From an uncultured Thermoplasmata archaeon (GTDB lineage Archaea > Thermoplasmatota > Thermoplasmata > Lutacidiplasmatales > UBA184): DNA of 64,000 nucleotides. The position numbers were made by a program, and so were the translations under genes. The stretch is from the NCBI GenBank assembly GCA_963749235.1, contig CAVVLV010000001.1, positions 28,920-92,919 on the forward strand. Reading direction: 5' to 3'. Below, piece by piece: positions 44,970 through 55,846 of this stretch (position 1 is its first letter; each line of letters begins with the position of its first letter). Under the pieces are notes generated by a model that made no database searches, had not been told where the DNA came from, and was given only the letters and a program-made list of their open reading frames with translations.

Positions 44970-45836
44970 ATGATGACCGAGCCCGCCGTCCGAGGGAACG
45001 CCCCCGTGCCGGGAGGGCAGCTCTATTTCGAACGAAGCGGTCAGGGACCCGCGATCGTCCTGATCCACTCCGCGTTCCTTGACGGGCGGATGTGGGAGTC
45101 CCAGGTCGCGACGTACTCCCGCACCCATACGGTCGTCCGGTACGACGTGCGTGGTCACGGGGCCTCCACCCACGACCGCACGGGCACGTCGGACGGGCAG
45201 GACCTCCTGGAACTTCTCAACCATCTTGCGATCCCCCAGGCGTACCTCCTCGGGAATTCGGACGGGGCTCGGATCGCCTGTGAGTTCGCGGCCGGCTTCC
45301 CGGACCGGGTCCCTGGGCTCATCCTCGTCGCGGGAACCCCCCACGACCTCGATCCCACCAAGGAGGAAGAGGCGAGTTTCATGGACACCTACCCCGATCG
45401 TGAGGGTCCCCTGCTCGAGCTCATGCGCGCCATGAAGAAACCGGAGGCGCTCGAGCTGATCCTCGACTTATGGGCCCCCCAAGTACCGCTCGAGGAGCGG
45501 GGGACGCTTCGCTCGATCGCCTCGGACAACTACGACCGGTTCGTCGAGTTCCTCCTGCGGAGCGAACCCGAGGGACGCAAGCCGGCGTACCCGGTTGCGG
45601 AGTCGCTCAAGAAGGGGCGCGTCCCGATCCTTTCGCTATCGGGGGCGCACGACGAGCCTGCGACCAACATGATGATGGCCCGGTTTGCGGCCGAGGTACC
45701 CAGCGCGCTGCACCACGAGATCGCGGAAGGGGATCACACGCCCAACGTGTCGGCCCGAGCCGAGTTCGATACGCTCGTGCTTGAGTTCCTGGCCACGATC
45801 GAAGGTGGTCAAGCCTGGCCACCGCCGCGGCCCTGA
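44970..45836 (+). CDS. Alpha/beta hydrolase
   Basis: VVRYDVRGHG, nucleophile elbow GNSDG, GDH catalytic His near the C-terminus. Confidence 0.88.
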   Translation: MMTEPAVRGNAPVPGGQLYFERSGQGPAIVLIHSAFLDGRMWESQVATYSRTHTVVRYDVRGHGASTHDRTGTSDGQDLLELLNHLAIPQAYLLGNSDGARIACEFAAGFPDRVPGLILVAGTPHDLDPTKEEEASFMDTYPDREGPLLELMRAMKKPEALELILDLWAPQVPLEERGTLRSIASDNYDRFVEFLLRSEPEGRKPAYPVAESLKKGRVPILSLSGAHDEPATNMMMARFAAEVPSALHHEIAEGDHTPNVSARAEFDTLVLEFLATIEGGQAWPPPRP

Positions 45837-45855
45837 GCTCGATCCGGACACGCCT

Positions 45856-46821
45856 TCAGTTGGCCGTCCTCTTCTGGGGAACGGCACGGCCGTGCTTTGT
45901 CTCCAGTTTGTATTGACGGGCTAGATTCATGGGAAAAAAGAACGAGGACCTCCAAGAGCGGAATCGCTCCGGTACCGGCAAGGCTCGCACCTCCCGAAGG
46001 GTGGCGCCACGTCGCACAGCCAACGTCACCATTCGCTTCAGATTAAGCATGTACTGACGTTCCTTCTCGAGATCCTTTCCCGAACCGATCGGACCATGAC
46101 CGGGCACTATCTGATCGACTCGGAGGCGCTGGATGCGGCCGAGGATGCGGGCCCACGCCTCAGGCCATCCATCACCGGCTGACGGGTGGAAGTCCACCAT
46201 CACGAGGTCCCCCGCGAACAGGATGTGTTCGTCCGGGAGGTAAGCGAACACATCGCTGGGAGAATGGCCGCCGCCGTACGTGATCAAATGGAGCGACCGA
46301 CGGCTTCCCCTCAGAACAAGCTCGTCAGTAAAGGTCGTGTCCGGGGCCACGATCCGGTGGGACGACGGGCTCTCAATCACGCCCCGGTACCAACCCCGGA
46401 CCCACGGACGATCTCGCTCGGGTATATTCGAGTCGGAAGCGTCGAGTACTGCGAGCTCCTTCGGGAATTCGCGCCGACAGGCGCTCCATTGATCTCGGCT
46501 CTTTCGGAGGATAAGTTGCCGGACGCGTTGGGAGGAAACGATGTGACTTTCGAGGAACGCGGAGTTGCCCCAGATATGGTCACCGTGCCAATGGCTGTTG
46601 ATCACCCAATCGGGCGAGCGACCCGTGCACCTTCTGGCAGCCACGCCCAGTGCTTTTCCCGCCATCGGGGTGAGCATCGAATCGAAGACGACCGTCCGCC
46701 CCCCCAGATTGACGATTCCGGAGTTGCACAGGCCGAATCCATTGATGGTGGCTAGGGCGGCGTGAACCCCGGGGGCGAGAGACATCAGCCGGAAATGCCG
46801 TCCCATTTCGGTGCGTCGCAT
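45856..46821 (-). CDS. MBL-fold metallo-hydrolase (cyclase-like)
   Basis: SHWHGDH, GHSPSD, FAGDL, VPGHG. Confidence 0.9.
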   Translation of the reverse strand: MRRTEMGRHFRLMSLAPGVHAALATINGFGLCNSGIVNLGGRTVVFDSMLTPMAGKALGVAARRCTGRSPDWVINSHWHGDHIWGNSAFLESHIVSSQRVRQLILRKSRDQWSACRREFPKELAVLDASDSNIPERDRPWVRGWYRGVIESPSSHRIVAPDTTFTDELVLRGSRRSLHLITYGGGHSPSDVFAYLPDEHILFAGDLVMVDFHPSAGDGWPEAWARILGRIQRLRVDQIVPGHGPIGSGKDLEKERQYMLNLKRMVTLAVRRGATLREVRALPVPERFRSWRSSFFFPMNLARQYKLETKHGRAVPQKRTAN

Positions 46822-46923
46822 CGATTCCCACAGCGACTCGAGGGATAGTTCAGTTGCGGATGATGACCTTCGGGCGCATACGGGGTTCTCGGGGGTTGCG
46901 CCTGAATCGGATGCGGAGTGTAA

Positions 46924-48402
46924 TCAGTGTGAGCCTGGCGAGATTGAGGGAGGCGGGAAGAGGGAGATCTCGGTTACCGCGCCCACACCAGCGACTAGCA
47001 TGACGGAAAGCGCCGGGACAGTGACGGAACCAATTGCCGTGGCACTGATGTTCGACTCGGAGGGCGACGAGTCTGAAGGGCTCCAGGTCCAGACTTTGAC
47101 TGATCCCGAGAAGGCGAGGCCGGAAGAGTTGAGCGAAACTGCCACCGGGGTAGTGGTATTCGTATTGACAACCAGGAGCTCGTTAGTGCCGTTTCCGCCG
47201 GTAACGGCCGCGAAGACGTCGGTCCGGTTTACAGAAGCATTGTACTCCAACGGACCCAGTCGGTTGAAGAAGGAGGATTCGACCACATAGCGTGGAGCGA
47301 CTCCGCTCGAGTTGATGATGCCGTTCTGGCCGCCCTCCCATGCGAAGGGGTCGATATTGCTAGTTTGGGAGTTCAATCCCTGGGTGATTTCGGCGGCGAA
47401 GAATAGTCCGTTGTAGTAGGTATCCAGAAAGGCCGAGAGCGGCTGTCCCACACTAACCGAATCCATTTCGGTGATGAACACTCGAGTTGGGCACGTGGAA
47501 CAGGCACCCTCGAGCGCATTGCGGGCCGCCTCAAGGAGCCGCGGCACGGCGGTCGGGCCCGTCAGGCCCCAGAAGAAGTTGGCCAGGGAGAGATTGGTGG
47601 GATTGGGGTCGAGGTCGTCCACATAGGAGTGAAGGGAGATGGCGGCTAAGTTGTGACCATCCGCCTGCTCGAGGGGAGTGATCCAGGAGGCCTCATTCGT
47701 GCCTCCGAGGCCGATGAACTGGGCAGACGGGTCGACTGCGCGCACTGCGGGAATGTACTTCCCGACTTCGGTGGCATAACTGGTGGCATTCACTCCCCCG
47801 GGACAATCCGTTCCCCAATCATGCCACGGAACTCCGTAACAGGTCCAACTTGCGGGTTCGTTGCCGAGCTCCCAGTACGCGGGATGGAAAAGGAGCGTAT
47901 TTTCGATATAACCCACCTCGTACGCCGCGGTATAGGGCCGGTCAATTTCGAGGGGCAACTCGATGATGGCAGCACAGTCGCTTGCGTTGCAGACCGAGAT
48001 GAAGTCGGCTAGCGTCACCTGGGCCTGCGTAGTGCCGTTCTCTCCCGGAGCGTAGATCGTTCCGTTGACGAGATCCATCGTGTCTCCGCTGGTCCCGTCC
48101 GGGAATCGAATGTAATGGATCGGTGTAGCTGACAGCAGGGGTACGGTATTGGAGGATAGTCGGGTACCCGACTCGATCCCAACGCCGTAGAATGCGGGTG
48201 AAACTGGATGGGGGTCGGACGACACCGTAAGCTGGGCCTTGAGAACGGGTGGTGGGGGCGGTGGAGGAGGATTCTGTTGCGGGGGAGGTTGAGAGGAAGG
48301 GGTGCTGGGAACTGAGGTCAACGAGAGTCCCACCAGGAGTATGGCCACTACCGTGGCGAGGGTAACCAACAAGACGTTTCCAGGAGGCGGACCTCGTCTC
48401 AT
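46924..48402 (-). CDS. GH79-like hydrolase with N-terminal membrane anchor and Pro-rich linker, no stalk (GH4)
   Basis: TM NVLLVTLATVVAILLVGLS, poly-Pro linker, WELGNEPASW, VFITEMDS. Confidence 0.72.
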   Translation of the reverse strand: MRRGPPPGNVLLVTLATVVAILLVGLSLTSVPSTPSSQPPPQQNPPPPPPPPVLKAQLTVSSDPHPVSPAFYGVGIESGTRLSSNTVPLLSATPIHYIRFPDGTSGDTMDLVNGTIYAPGENGTTQAQVTLADFISVCNASDCAAIIELPLEIDRPYTAAYEVGYIENTLLFHPAYWELGNEPASWTCYGVPWHDWGTDCPGGVNATSYATEVGKYIPAVRAVDPSAQFIGLGGTNEASWITPLEQADGHNLAAISLHSYVDDLDPNPTNLSLANFFWGLTGPTAVPRLLEAARNALEGACSTCPTRVFITEMDSVSVGQPLSAFLDTYYNGLFFAAEITQGLNSQTSNIDPFAWEGGQNGIINSSGVAPRYVVESSFFNRLGPLEYNASVNRTDVFAAVTGGNGTNELLVVNTNTTTPVAVSLNSSGLAFSGSVKVWTWSPSDSSPSESNISATAIGSVTVPALSVMLVAGVGAVTEISLFPPPSISPGSH

Positions 48403-48988
48403 TCCGCCAAATAGGTCCTCGGACCTTCAAAGCGAGGAGGTCTCAAAGGAAGATACAATCGCTAGCACGAAGGGGTTTGAGCCGATCGTAGGTCCCTTTC
48501 GCGTCTGATAGGGGGACGATAGACGAGTTGAGGGGGCGGCAGCAAGGCGGGGTAACGATCCGACAGGAGCCGGTTCCAAACAAGAACTTAGGAACTAGTA
48601 CCCGGAAGATAGGGTAGGGCAAAGATGGTGCCCCGGCACTTTCGGAACGAGAGAAATGGGGGAAACATCGGAGGAATACTTCGACCTGCAGATATGGGAG
48701 AGTGAGTGGGGCCAGACAGATCTTGCCGGGCAGTGCAAATCTCCAAAACCGGGGGACCCGTGAACCGGGTGACTAAGCCACCCGCGAGTTGGCCCACACC
48801 GCACTCACACGCGGAGAGCGCTTGGGCCGGGTCGATCTACGCAATTTGCGCTTGCGCGGCACAATCCGGAACCTTTCCGGCCCGCCAACATAAGGGACTC
48901 CCTGGTGACACGCGCAAGAAGTGGCCGACCGACAAATCCAGAAAAACACCCGGAGCCATCATAACCCCGTCCCCGGTGGCCGAACGTA

Positions 48989-51900
48989 ATGTTGGCTGCG
49001 TCCGCCCGGGTCGGTCGCCCATTTTATCGCGTTTCAATAGTCGTCCTCGCCCTGTCGATCGTTGTCCTATTGATGGTCCCCACGTCGGCGGTGGGGACCG
49101 TGCCGCAGTTCCGGGGCTCGAGCGGGCTCGTCCCGGCGTCGGCATCCAAGACGTACGGCTACCGACCAAACGTGGTCGTGCCGGCGAGCCCGACCTACAA
49201 CTGGCCAGAGCTCCACGCGAACCCCCAACTCACTGGATATTCCCCGAACTCCACGCTAACCACCGCCAACGCGTCGAGCCTCGGCGTGGGCTGGTCGGTG
49301 GACCTCTACGGGTCCTCGCTCGATACCCCGGCAGTTGCTTACGACTCGATCTCGGGTCGGACCTATGCGTACGTCGGTACGGAGACCGGGAATTTCCTCG
49401 CCATCAACGTTGGGACCGGGCGTATCCTTTGGAGCACCTGGCTCGGGTCGATTATCCGGAGCTCCCCACTGGTCTGGAACGGCTCGGTTTACGCGGCGAC
49501 CTTCACCAACCCCGAAGTCGTACGGCTCAACGCGAGCACGGGGGCCGTTCAGGCGCGAGTGGTTGCACCCACGCCGATCGAGGGGACGCCGACGCTCGCC
49601 ACCCCCCCCGGCGGCGTGCCGACCATATACGTGCCCTCGCTGGATAGCGGAAATTCCAATGGGCCGCTGCTCGCCCTCAATGCGGTGACGCTCTCGACGG
49701 AGTGGACATATTCTAAGTACAACTCGAGTTCGTACGGCTCGACTGCTGGCTCGTGGGACTCCGCCTCGTACGGCGTCACCAAATCGGGGGTTCCTCTCGT
49801 CATCTGGGGAACGGACAACCCGGACTCCTCGGTCTACGCTGTGAACGCGCTCACGGGAAAGCTCGTCTGGTGGTTTCAGGCGTACAACCCGAACCGTCTC
49901 GACTTTGACGTCGCGTCGGGCCCCATGATCTCGCTCCCCGGTGTGAACGGGTTCGCCCAGGGCGTCGTCTATGTGATCAATAAGATCGCCCGGATCTACG
50001 CTCTCGACCTGAACAACGGGACGCTGATCTGGGAGACCAACTTCCGGGGCCTCTCGACCAACTCGAGCCCGCTCTCGCGTTCGACGGCGGCCCTCGAAGG
50101 GACCAACGTGGTCTTTGGCTACGGCAACGGTCTGATGGACGTCAACGCGACCACGGGCAAGTTCATCTGGCAGTACAAGGACCCGACCCAGACCGAGTCG
50201 ATTTCCTCCCCCGCGATCGTCGGTCCGGCGAGTGAGGCCGTCGTCGTTACCGGAGATGTCGGGGGCAGTTTCGACGTGGTTTCGCTGGCGACAGGCCACC
50301 AACTCTACACCTATGCGACCGGCGGGTACATCACTAGCTCCCCGGCATTGTGTGACGGGAACGTGATCCTCGCATCGTCCGACGGATTCCTCTATGACTT
50401 CGTGGTGAACGGGGGCAACGGACCCACCGCACCGACAACGTCCATTAGCTCCCCGGGCCAATATGCGAATGTGACTAATCCGAACGGCTTCCTCACGGTC
50501 CACGGGAATGCGACCGCGTCCGGGACGGTCTATGAGGTCGAGGTTGCGATTCAATCGGGGGGTCCGACGGGTCCCTGGTGGGACGCGATAAACCAGACGT
50601 GGTCGTTTGGGCCGATCACGGACCTGGCTACCCTTCAGAGGTCAAGTGCTTCCACTGCCTGGACCGAGCGATTTCCGGTGCCGAACATCGGCGGCACCTA
50701 CCAAGTCGTCGCGAACACGGTGTCGACGGCCGGACTTACGGATACGTCCGGTGCTGACGTCACCTTCGATGTCGCCTACAGTCTGACAGAGCCCACGCTT
50801 CAAATTTCTCCGTCCTACGTTGCGCAGAATTCGAACATGACCATCCAAGGCGGAGGGTTCCCGGCGAATCTTTCCCTCAGCCTCGAACTACAAGATAAGA
50901 CCCTCGTGAACCTTACAACCAGCGCATCCGGCAAGATCGTGTCGACCGTCGTCCACATCGCGGAAACCGCCCTCTTCGGCCTATCGTCGGTGGAAGCGGT
51001 CGCCGCGAACGGAACGAGCCTAAGCAGCGCGCCTGTAACGATTTCCAACTCCTGGGACCAGCAAGGCGAGGCTCCCTCCCATGTCGCCTACGAGGCGTAC
51101 GACAGGACGTTCAGTCAGCTCACCTATCCGGGCCACGGCGTCTGGGTCCAAGTCGCCTGGCACTTTGACGCGGGGACCGCTATCGACTCGGCGCCGGTGA
51201 TCGCAGACGGGTTCGCGTACTTTGGGGATATGGCGGGCAGCGTGTTCGCGGTCGACATCCACAACGGGGGCCTCCTGTGGTCGTACGCGCTCCCGAATGG
51301 TGCCGGTATCCCGAATTCTCCAGCGATCGACGTCAGTCGGGGCCTCCTCTTCGTTGGCGACAACAGCGGCAACCTGACCGCCCTCTCGATCACCACCGGA
51401 ACGGTGCTCTGGCACGACGTGCTGGGGGGAAACGTCACCGCCCCGGTTTTCGACAACGGGCAGATCTACCTCGTAGCCCACCGCGACCGCCTCGAGTCGA
51501 TCTCCGAGGCGACGGGAGCCGTCGCGTGGACGCGGAACTTCGCGAGCTCCAGCTTCGCGGCACCGGGCTTCAACGCGACCGCGAATGTGCTGGTCGTCTC
51601 CGAAACCAGCGGCAACGTCGCCGCGTTCAACGCCTCGAACGGTCGGATCAAGTGGACGTATGTTACGGGAGCCCAGATCCAAGACTCCCCGGTCGTGGTC
51701 GGTGGTCTTGTCTATGTGGGCTCGGATAGCAAGTTCGAATACGCAATCTACCAGGTGAACGGGACCCTCGACTGGAAGTTCAATGCCCACGCCTCCGTGA
51801 CCGACCCGGTCGCCCTGGTCTACAAGCAGAGCGCCAAACCGTTCGCCGTCGTCGTGGGCTCGAGCAACAGTCACGTTTACGTGCTCTCGGGAACGACCGG

Positions 51901-52156
51901 CGTGCAGCTCTTCAACGTCACGGCCGCGGGGCCGCTCGCCGGCGTTTCCGCCGTCCCAGGGGTCATCCTGTTCAGCACGCTCTCGGGCACGGTCGCCTCA
52001 ACCCGGTCATACCTGGCCGAGGACGCGGTCTTCTGGCACTACACGAGCGGCATTGGAATGGCCTCCGCTCCGGTCCTTCTCGACGGGACGATCTACCAGT
52101 CTTCCGAGGACGGGAACTTGTATGCGTTCACGTCGTACGGTCAGGAGCCGGCCTAG
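48989..52156 (+). CDS. Secreted double PQQ/BamB-type beta-propeller protein (paralogue 2)
   Basis: Colinear with 10997..14164: YNWPELHANPQLTG, AYVGTETGN, TGGYITSSPA, SDGFLYDF, NPNGFLTVHGNAT, DGTIY..FTSYGQ. Confidence 0.8.
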   Translation: MLAASARVGRPFYRVSIVVLALSIVVLLMVPTSAVGTVPQFRGSSGLVPASASKTYGYRPNVVVPASPTYNWPELHANPQLTGYSPNSTLTTANASSLGVGWSVDLYGSSLDTPAVAYDSISGRTYAYVGTETGNFLAINVGTGRILWSTWLGSIIRSSPLVWNGSVYAATFTNPEVVRLNASTGAVQARVVAPTPIEGTPTLATPPGGVPTIYVPSLDSGNSNGPLLALNAVTLSTEWTYSKYNSSSYGSTAGSWDSASYGVTKSGVPLVIWGTDNPDSSVYAVNALTGKLVWWFQAYNPNRLDFDVASGPMISLPGVNGFAQGVVYVINKIARIYALDLNNGTLIWETNFRGLSTNSSPLSRSTAALEGTNVVFGYGNGLMDVNATTGKFIWQYKDPTQTESISSPAIVGPASEAVVVTGDVGGSFDVVSLATGHQLYTYATGGYITSSPALCDGNVILASSDGFLYDFVVNGGNGPTAPTTSISSPGQYANVTNPNGFLTVHGNATASGTVYEVEVAIQSGGPTGPWWDAINQTWSFGPITDLATLQRSSASTAWTERFPVPNIGGTYQVVANTVSTAGLTDTSGADVTFDVAYSLTEPTLQISPSYVAQNSNMTIQGGGFPANLSLSLELQDKTLVNLTTSASGKIVSTVVHIAETALFGLSSVEAVAANGTSLSSAPVTISNSWDQQGEAPSHVAYEAYDRTFSQLTYPGHGVWVQVAWHFDAGTAIDSAPVIADGFAYFGDMAGSVFAVDIHNGGLLWSYALPNGAGIPNSPAIDVSRGLLFVGDNSGNLTALSITTGTVLWHDVLGGNVTAPVFDNGQIYLVAHRDRLESISEATGAVAWTRNFASSSFAAPGFNATANVLVVSETSGNVAAFNASNGRIKWTYVTGAQIQDSPVVVGGLVYVGSDSKFEYAIYQVNGTLDWKFNAHASVTDPVALVYKQSAKPFAVVVGSSNSHVYVLSGTTGVQLFNVTAAGPLAGVSAVPGVILFSTLSGTVASTRSYLAEDAVFWHYTSGIGMASAPVLLDGTIYQSSEDGNLYAFTSYGQEPA

Positions 52157-52404
52157 TCGACCCATTCGATCCCGCTCACTGGCGGCTTCGGTGGGCGGCC
52201 GGGTCGGCCTATGCGCTCAGCAACGAGTCCAGCACCTTGTTGTCGGCGCTGCGAGCAAGTACTTGCGCCTAGGGATCGGCGGGTGGGCGAAACGGATCCC
52301 GGAATGGTACGTTCGGTTGCGGTCTCCTGCCCCACGCTCACTCCATCGGTGGATCGATGATGGATACGAAGCGGGAGCTGATCGGGAGTCTCCAATCCAG
52401 GCAG

Positions 52405-52477
52405 TGGGCGCGGCCAGATTCGAACTGGCGACCTTCACCGTGTCAGGGTGACGTCATAACCACTAGACTACGCGCCC
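52405..52477 (-). tRNA. trnV: tRNA-Val(GAC), no intron, CCA not encoded
   Basis: Minus strand GGGCGCGTAGTCTAGTGGTTATGACGTCACCCTGACACGGTGAAGGTCGCCAGTTCGAATCTGGCCGCGCCCA folds as a cloverleaf with anticodon GAC and TTCGAAT T-loop. Confidence 0.97.
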
Positions 52478-52529
52478 GCGAGGGCGGCCACCGACGACCC
52501 GCTCAAAACCCCTTCGGAGTCGTAACGTT

Positions 52530-54078
52530 CTACCCGTATCCACCGGGGAACGGGCTCGAGTCCGGCGGATGGTCGTTCCAGTGGTAGTAGCCCATCGATT
52601 GCCGTTGGGATTCGGTGACCTCTTGACGCAGACCGCCCTGGAAAGAACCGTACGTCTCCCGGATCTGTTCCTCGATCGACCGTGCGCGACGCAGGGCCTC
52701 GGCAAGGTGCTTCGCCTCGATGAGGTCACTTCCTGAGACGGCGGCGAGATCTCCGGCGGTTCGCAGAAGACCGCCCAGCTCGCGGAGCCGCAGGGTCAGG
52801 GCATTCCGACGGCCGTCCAGTACTTCGGCTCGACGACGTGCCTCCTGGATCAGCTCGATGACCGCCTCCTTCGTGGCCGGGCGGATCCGCCCGTCGACCG
52901 CAATCTCCTGCGCGCAGAACTGAGCTAGCCGCAGCCGGTTCGCCGGGGTGTCGGGCATCGCGGTCTCGAGCAACACCTCGTAGCCGCTGCCCGCGATGCG
53001 CGAGCGCAGGGGCGACAGGATGCGGTGGATGTCCTGGATGTTCGCGGCCGCGACGAGGATGAAGTCGCACGGGACGTTGTCGACCCGGACCGAGGCGCCC
53101 CCCGACTGGGGGTTCCGGCCGCTGATCGGGAACCGCTTTTCCTGCATCGCGGTCAGGATGTGGCGTTGGATGTAGCCCAGCGACGGGAGTTCGTCGATGA
53201 AGAGCACTCCCTCGTGGGCCTCGTGGATCTCTCCGGGAATAACCCGGTCGTACGGAAGGGTGCCGAGGGTCGGGTGGCCGCCGTAGGGGTCGTGGCGGAC
53301 GTCCCCCAGGAGCTCGGTCTCGCTCGCCCCAGTCGCCATCACGAAGGTGTTGCGGTCCAGCTTGACCAGGACCTTGCGCGGGCTCTCCCGCTGGAGCGTT
53401 CGCCGGCGTTCGAGCGCCCGTTGGTCGAGGACCTTGATGTGGTCCTCTGCCCGTTCGTACGAGACCACCTCCTCGACCCCGTTCCGGAGCCGAGTGGTCC
53501 GAACGGACTCCTGCGGGTTGCCGCCGGGGGTGACGGTCAGCTCGAGGATCCCGCCGACGAGGTCCCGGAATGGGTTGCCGCTCCCGCCGACCCCGGGCAG
53601 GGTCTGCTTCACATTCCCGCAACTGGGGCAGTACCGTTCGTTCGGTGTCGAGTAGAAGCTGCATCGGGGGCAGCGGTAGCCCAGGCGCTCCGCGACGGTC
53701 GCCGGCGCATCGGTGGGGAGGATCAGCTCGCCCTCGACCGACCGGGCGGCCTCCCGCTCGTGGTAGACCTCCTCGCGCCCGACGATCTCGATGCTGGGCC
53801 GTTCCGGGTTCTCGGGGTTGTGGACGACGCGGAGCTCGCTCCGGGGTCGGTCGAGGTGGAGCGCGAGGGCCTGGGCCGTCATCGACTTCCCGATCCCCGG
53901 AGGTCCCGACGAGAAGGAGGTGCCGGTGCTGGTAGGCCGCGATGCGCGCGGTCTCGACGGCCTTCTCCTGACCGATCACCCGCTCGAGCGGGTCGGTGGG
54001 GATGGGGATGTCCGCGGTGCTCTGGATCTCGTCCAGGGCCGCGGGGAGTCGGCGGGAAGCGTCCGCATTGCTCGGCAT
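52530..54078 (-). CDS. LonB-type AAA+ ATPase with Zn-ribbon insert and no protease domain; indel near 53905
   Basis: LERVIGQEKA, restored Walker A GPPGIGKS, LLGDVRHDPY, Walker B LFIDE, LTLRLRELGGL; CPRC..CPSC insert; stop right after the AAA+ lid. Confidence 0.8.
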
Positions 54079-54159
54079 CGTTCGCTCGGGACTAGAGCCA
54101 CCGAGGTATAGGTGCGTCGCGGGGCCTCCCGACCCCGCGACAGGGGAAAGGGTAGAGCC

Positions 54160-55506
54160 TTAGCGAGCGCCGGCCACGGGGGCGAGGTCGGCCTTGGTGA
54201 AGACCCGGACCTGTTCCGGGAGCTTCCCGATCGGACCCAGCCGGGTCGCGACCACGGTGCCGATGCCCTTCTCCTGGGCCACGTCGAGTAGTCGCTGGCT
54301 GACGATCCCATCGAAGACGAGGGCCTTCGCGGGGCCACCGAACGAGCTGATCGTCTCGATCATGTCCTTCACGGGGGCCTCGGCGACGACCGAGTCGTCC
54401 TCTCCGACGATGAGGCACTTCGACGCGTTCTCGACCCCGTTCAGGAGCTCGAAGTAGTGCGCCAGATCCGCGGGGAGCTGAGCCAGTGGCACGGGCGGCG
54501 GCGGGGGCGGGATCGGCATGGGTGCCCGGGGGGGCGGCGGCGGCATGCGCTCGCGGTCGTCACGGCGGTCGCGGTCGCGGCCACCGTTGCGCGAGTCGTC
54601 GCGTCGGGAATCCGGGCGACCGCCCTCCGAGTCGCCGCGGTCCTCGCGGGGGGCCCGCGTGCCACCGGTCGACTCGAACCCGCTCATCTCCAGGTACTGG
54701 TTGAGCGGGATCTTGTTCCGCAGGCACTTCAGAAGCTGTTTCTGGGTGAGTTCCTCGACCTCGCTGCCGCGCGGCGCGCGGGCGACGAAGTCGATGTCCA
54801 TCGTCTGGAGCATCTCGCGGAGGATCAGCTCACCGGCGCGGTCCCCGTCCGTGAAGACGGTCACCGTCTTGCCGCGCGAGAGATCCTTCACGGTCTGCGG
54901 GACGCTCGTCCCTTCGACCGCGATGACGTTCTTGATCCCGCATCGGAGCAGGTTCAGCACGTCGGAGCGGCCCTCGACGACGATCAAGGCGTCCGCCTGG
55001 TCGATGTTCGGTCCGGCGGGCAGATGCTCGGGCCCGTAGGTCGTGATCTCTTCGACCTGGACCGCCTTGCGGACGGCCTCGGTCAAGTCCATCCCGACGC
55101 CCTTGGACTCCTCTTGGAGCCGGCCCAGGATCTCCTTGGCCCGGTCGACGACCTTCTGGCGCTTGGAGATGCGGATGTCCTCCACGCTGACGATCTCGAT
55201 CTTGGCCCGGCAGGGGCCGATCCGGTCGACGGTCTCGAGGCCGGAGGCGAGGATCGCGGTCTCGACCTGGTCGAGCGACGAGGGGATGATGATCTCGCCC
55301 TCGCTCTTGCCCTTGCGGCTGTCGATCTCGACTTCGATGCGGCCGATCCGGCCGGACTTCTGAAGGTCGCGGAGATCGAGCTCGTCGCCGAGCAGTCCTT
55401 CGGTCTGTCCGAACACCGCGCCCACGACGTCGGGCTTGTCGATGACGCCCTCGGCAGTGATGCGGGCTCGGATCTGGTATTTCGCGGCGCTGGGGTCGTT
55501 GGTCAT
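54160..55506 (-). CDS. dnaG: Archaeal DnaG primase-like protein
   Basis: KPDVVGAVFGQTEGLLG, LRDLQKSGRIGRI, TOPRIM VVEGRSDV and FTDGDRAG. Confidence 0.97.
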   Translation of the reverse strand: MTNDPSAAKYQIRARITAEGVIDKPDVVGAVFGQTEGLLGDELDLRDLQKSGRIGRIEVEIDSRKGKSEGEIIIPSSLDQVETAILASGLETVDRIGPCRAKIEIVSVEDIRISKRQKVVDRAKEILGRLQEESKGVGMDLTEAVRKAVQVEEITTYGPEHLPAGPNIDQADALIVVEGRSDVLNLLRCGIKNVIAVEGTSVPQTVKDLSRGKTVTVFTDGDRAGELILREMLQTMDIDFVARAPRGSEVEELTQKQLLKCLRNKIPLNQYLEMSGFESTGGTRAPREDRGDSEGGRPDSRRDDSRNGGRDRDRRDDRERMPPPPPRAPMPIPPPPPPVPLAQLPADLAHYFELLNGVENASKCLIVGEDDSVVAEAPVKDMIETISSFGGPAKALVFDGIVSQRLLDVAQEKGIGTVVATRLGPIGKLPEQVRVFTKADLAPVAGAR

Positions 55507-55846
55507 TGTTGGTTCTCCCTGGTCGGAAGGGGTCCCGCGAACACGCGGGGGACCTCGCGGGAGGACTAGTTCGAGCCGATGCCGCCGGGCGATGCGCGGA
55601 GCCTACGACAGGACAGGACGTGGATCATGAGTCGCGATTCCGGATCTCCAGCGACGTCAGGAGTCGAGCTCCGTCCGTCTCCGGGGGGTTCCTTCCGCTC
55701 CTCGAAAGCCGAATGCGCTATTTAAGCGGGAGGTGGAACGAGAGTGCGTCCCGGACCGGGCCTGGGTCGCTCTCGGAATCGCATCGCTCCTCGAGGGGGA
55801 GTGTCTTTATAGCGGCCAACTCTACGCGCCCTCGGAGAGAGTTTTC

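Larger units (their letters stand above)
45850..52404. mobile_element. Possible tRNA-Val-anchored accessory island (no integrase or att repeat seen)
   Basis: Abuts the tRNA-Val 3' end. Hand counts of sample 60-nt lines give 28/60 to 35/60 GC at 46021, 47101 and 48421, versus 45/60 to 49/60 at 4081 and 54601. Carries paralogues of the 11-30 kb locus. Confidence 0.25.

Noticed and set aside
48403-48988. ~590 nt lower-GC gap between GH4 and propeller paralogue 2 as hidden RNA, array or IS
   Set aside because: No repeats, terminal inverted repeats or convincing ORF; consistent with divergent promoters plus decayed sequence.
52157-52404. Split integrase remnant or ncRNA beside tRNA-Val
   Set aside because: Only short ORFs with no tyrosine-recombinase motifs, and no recognisable RNA family.
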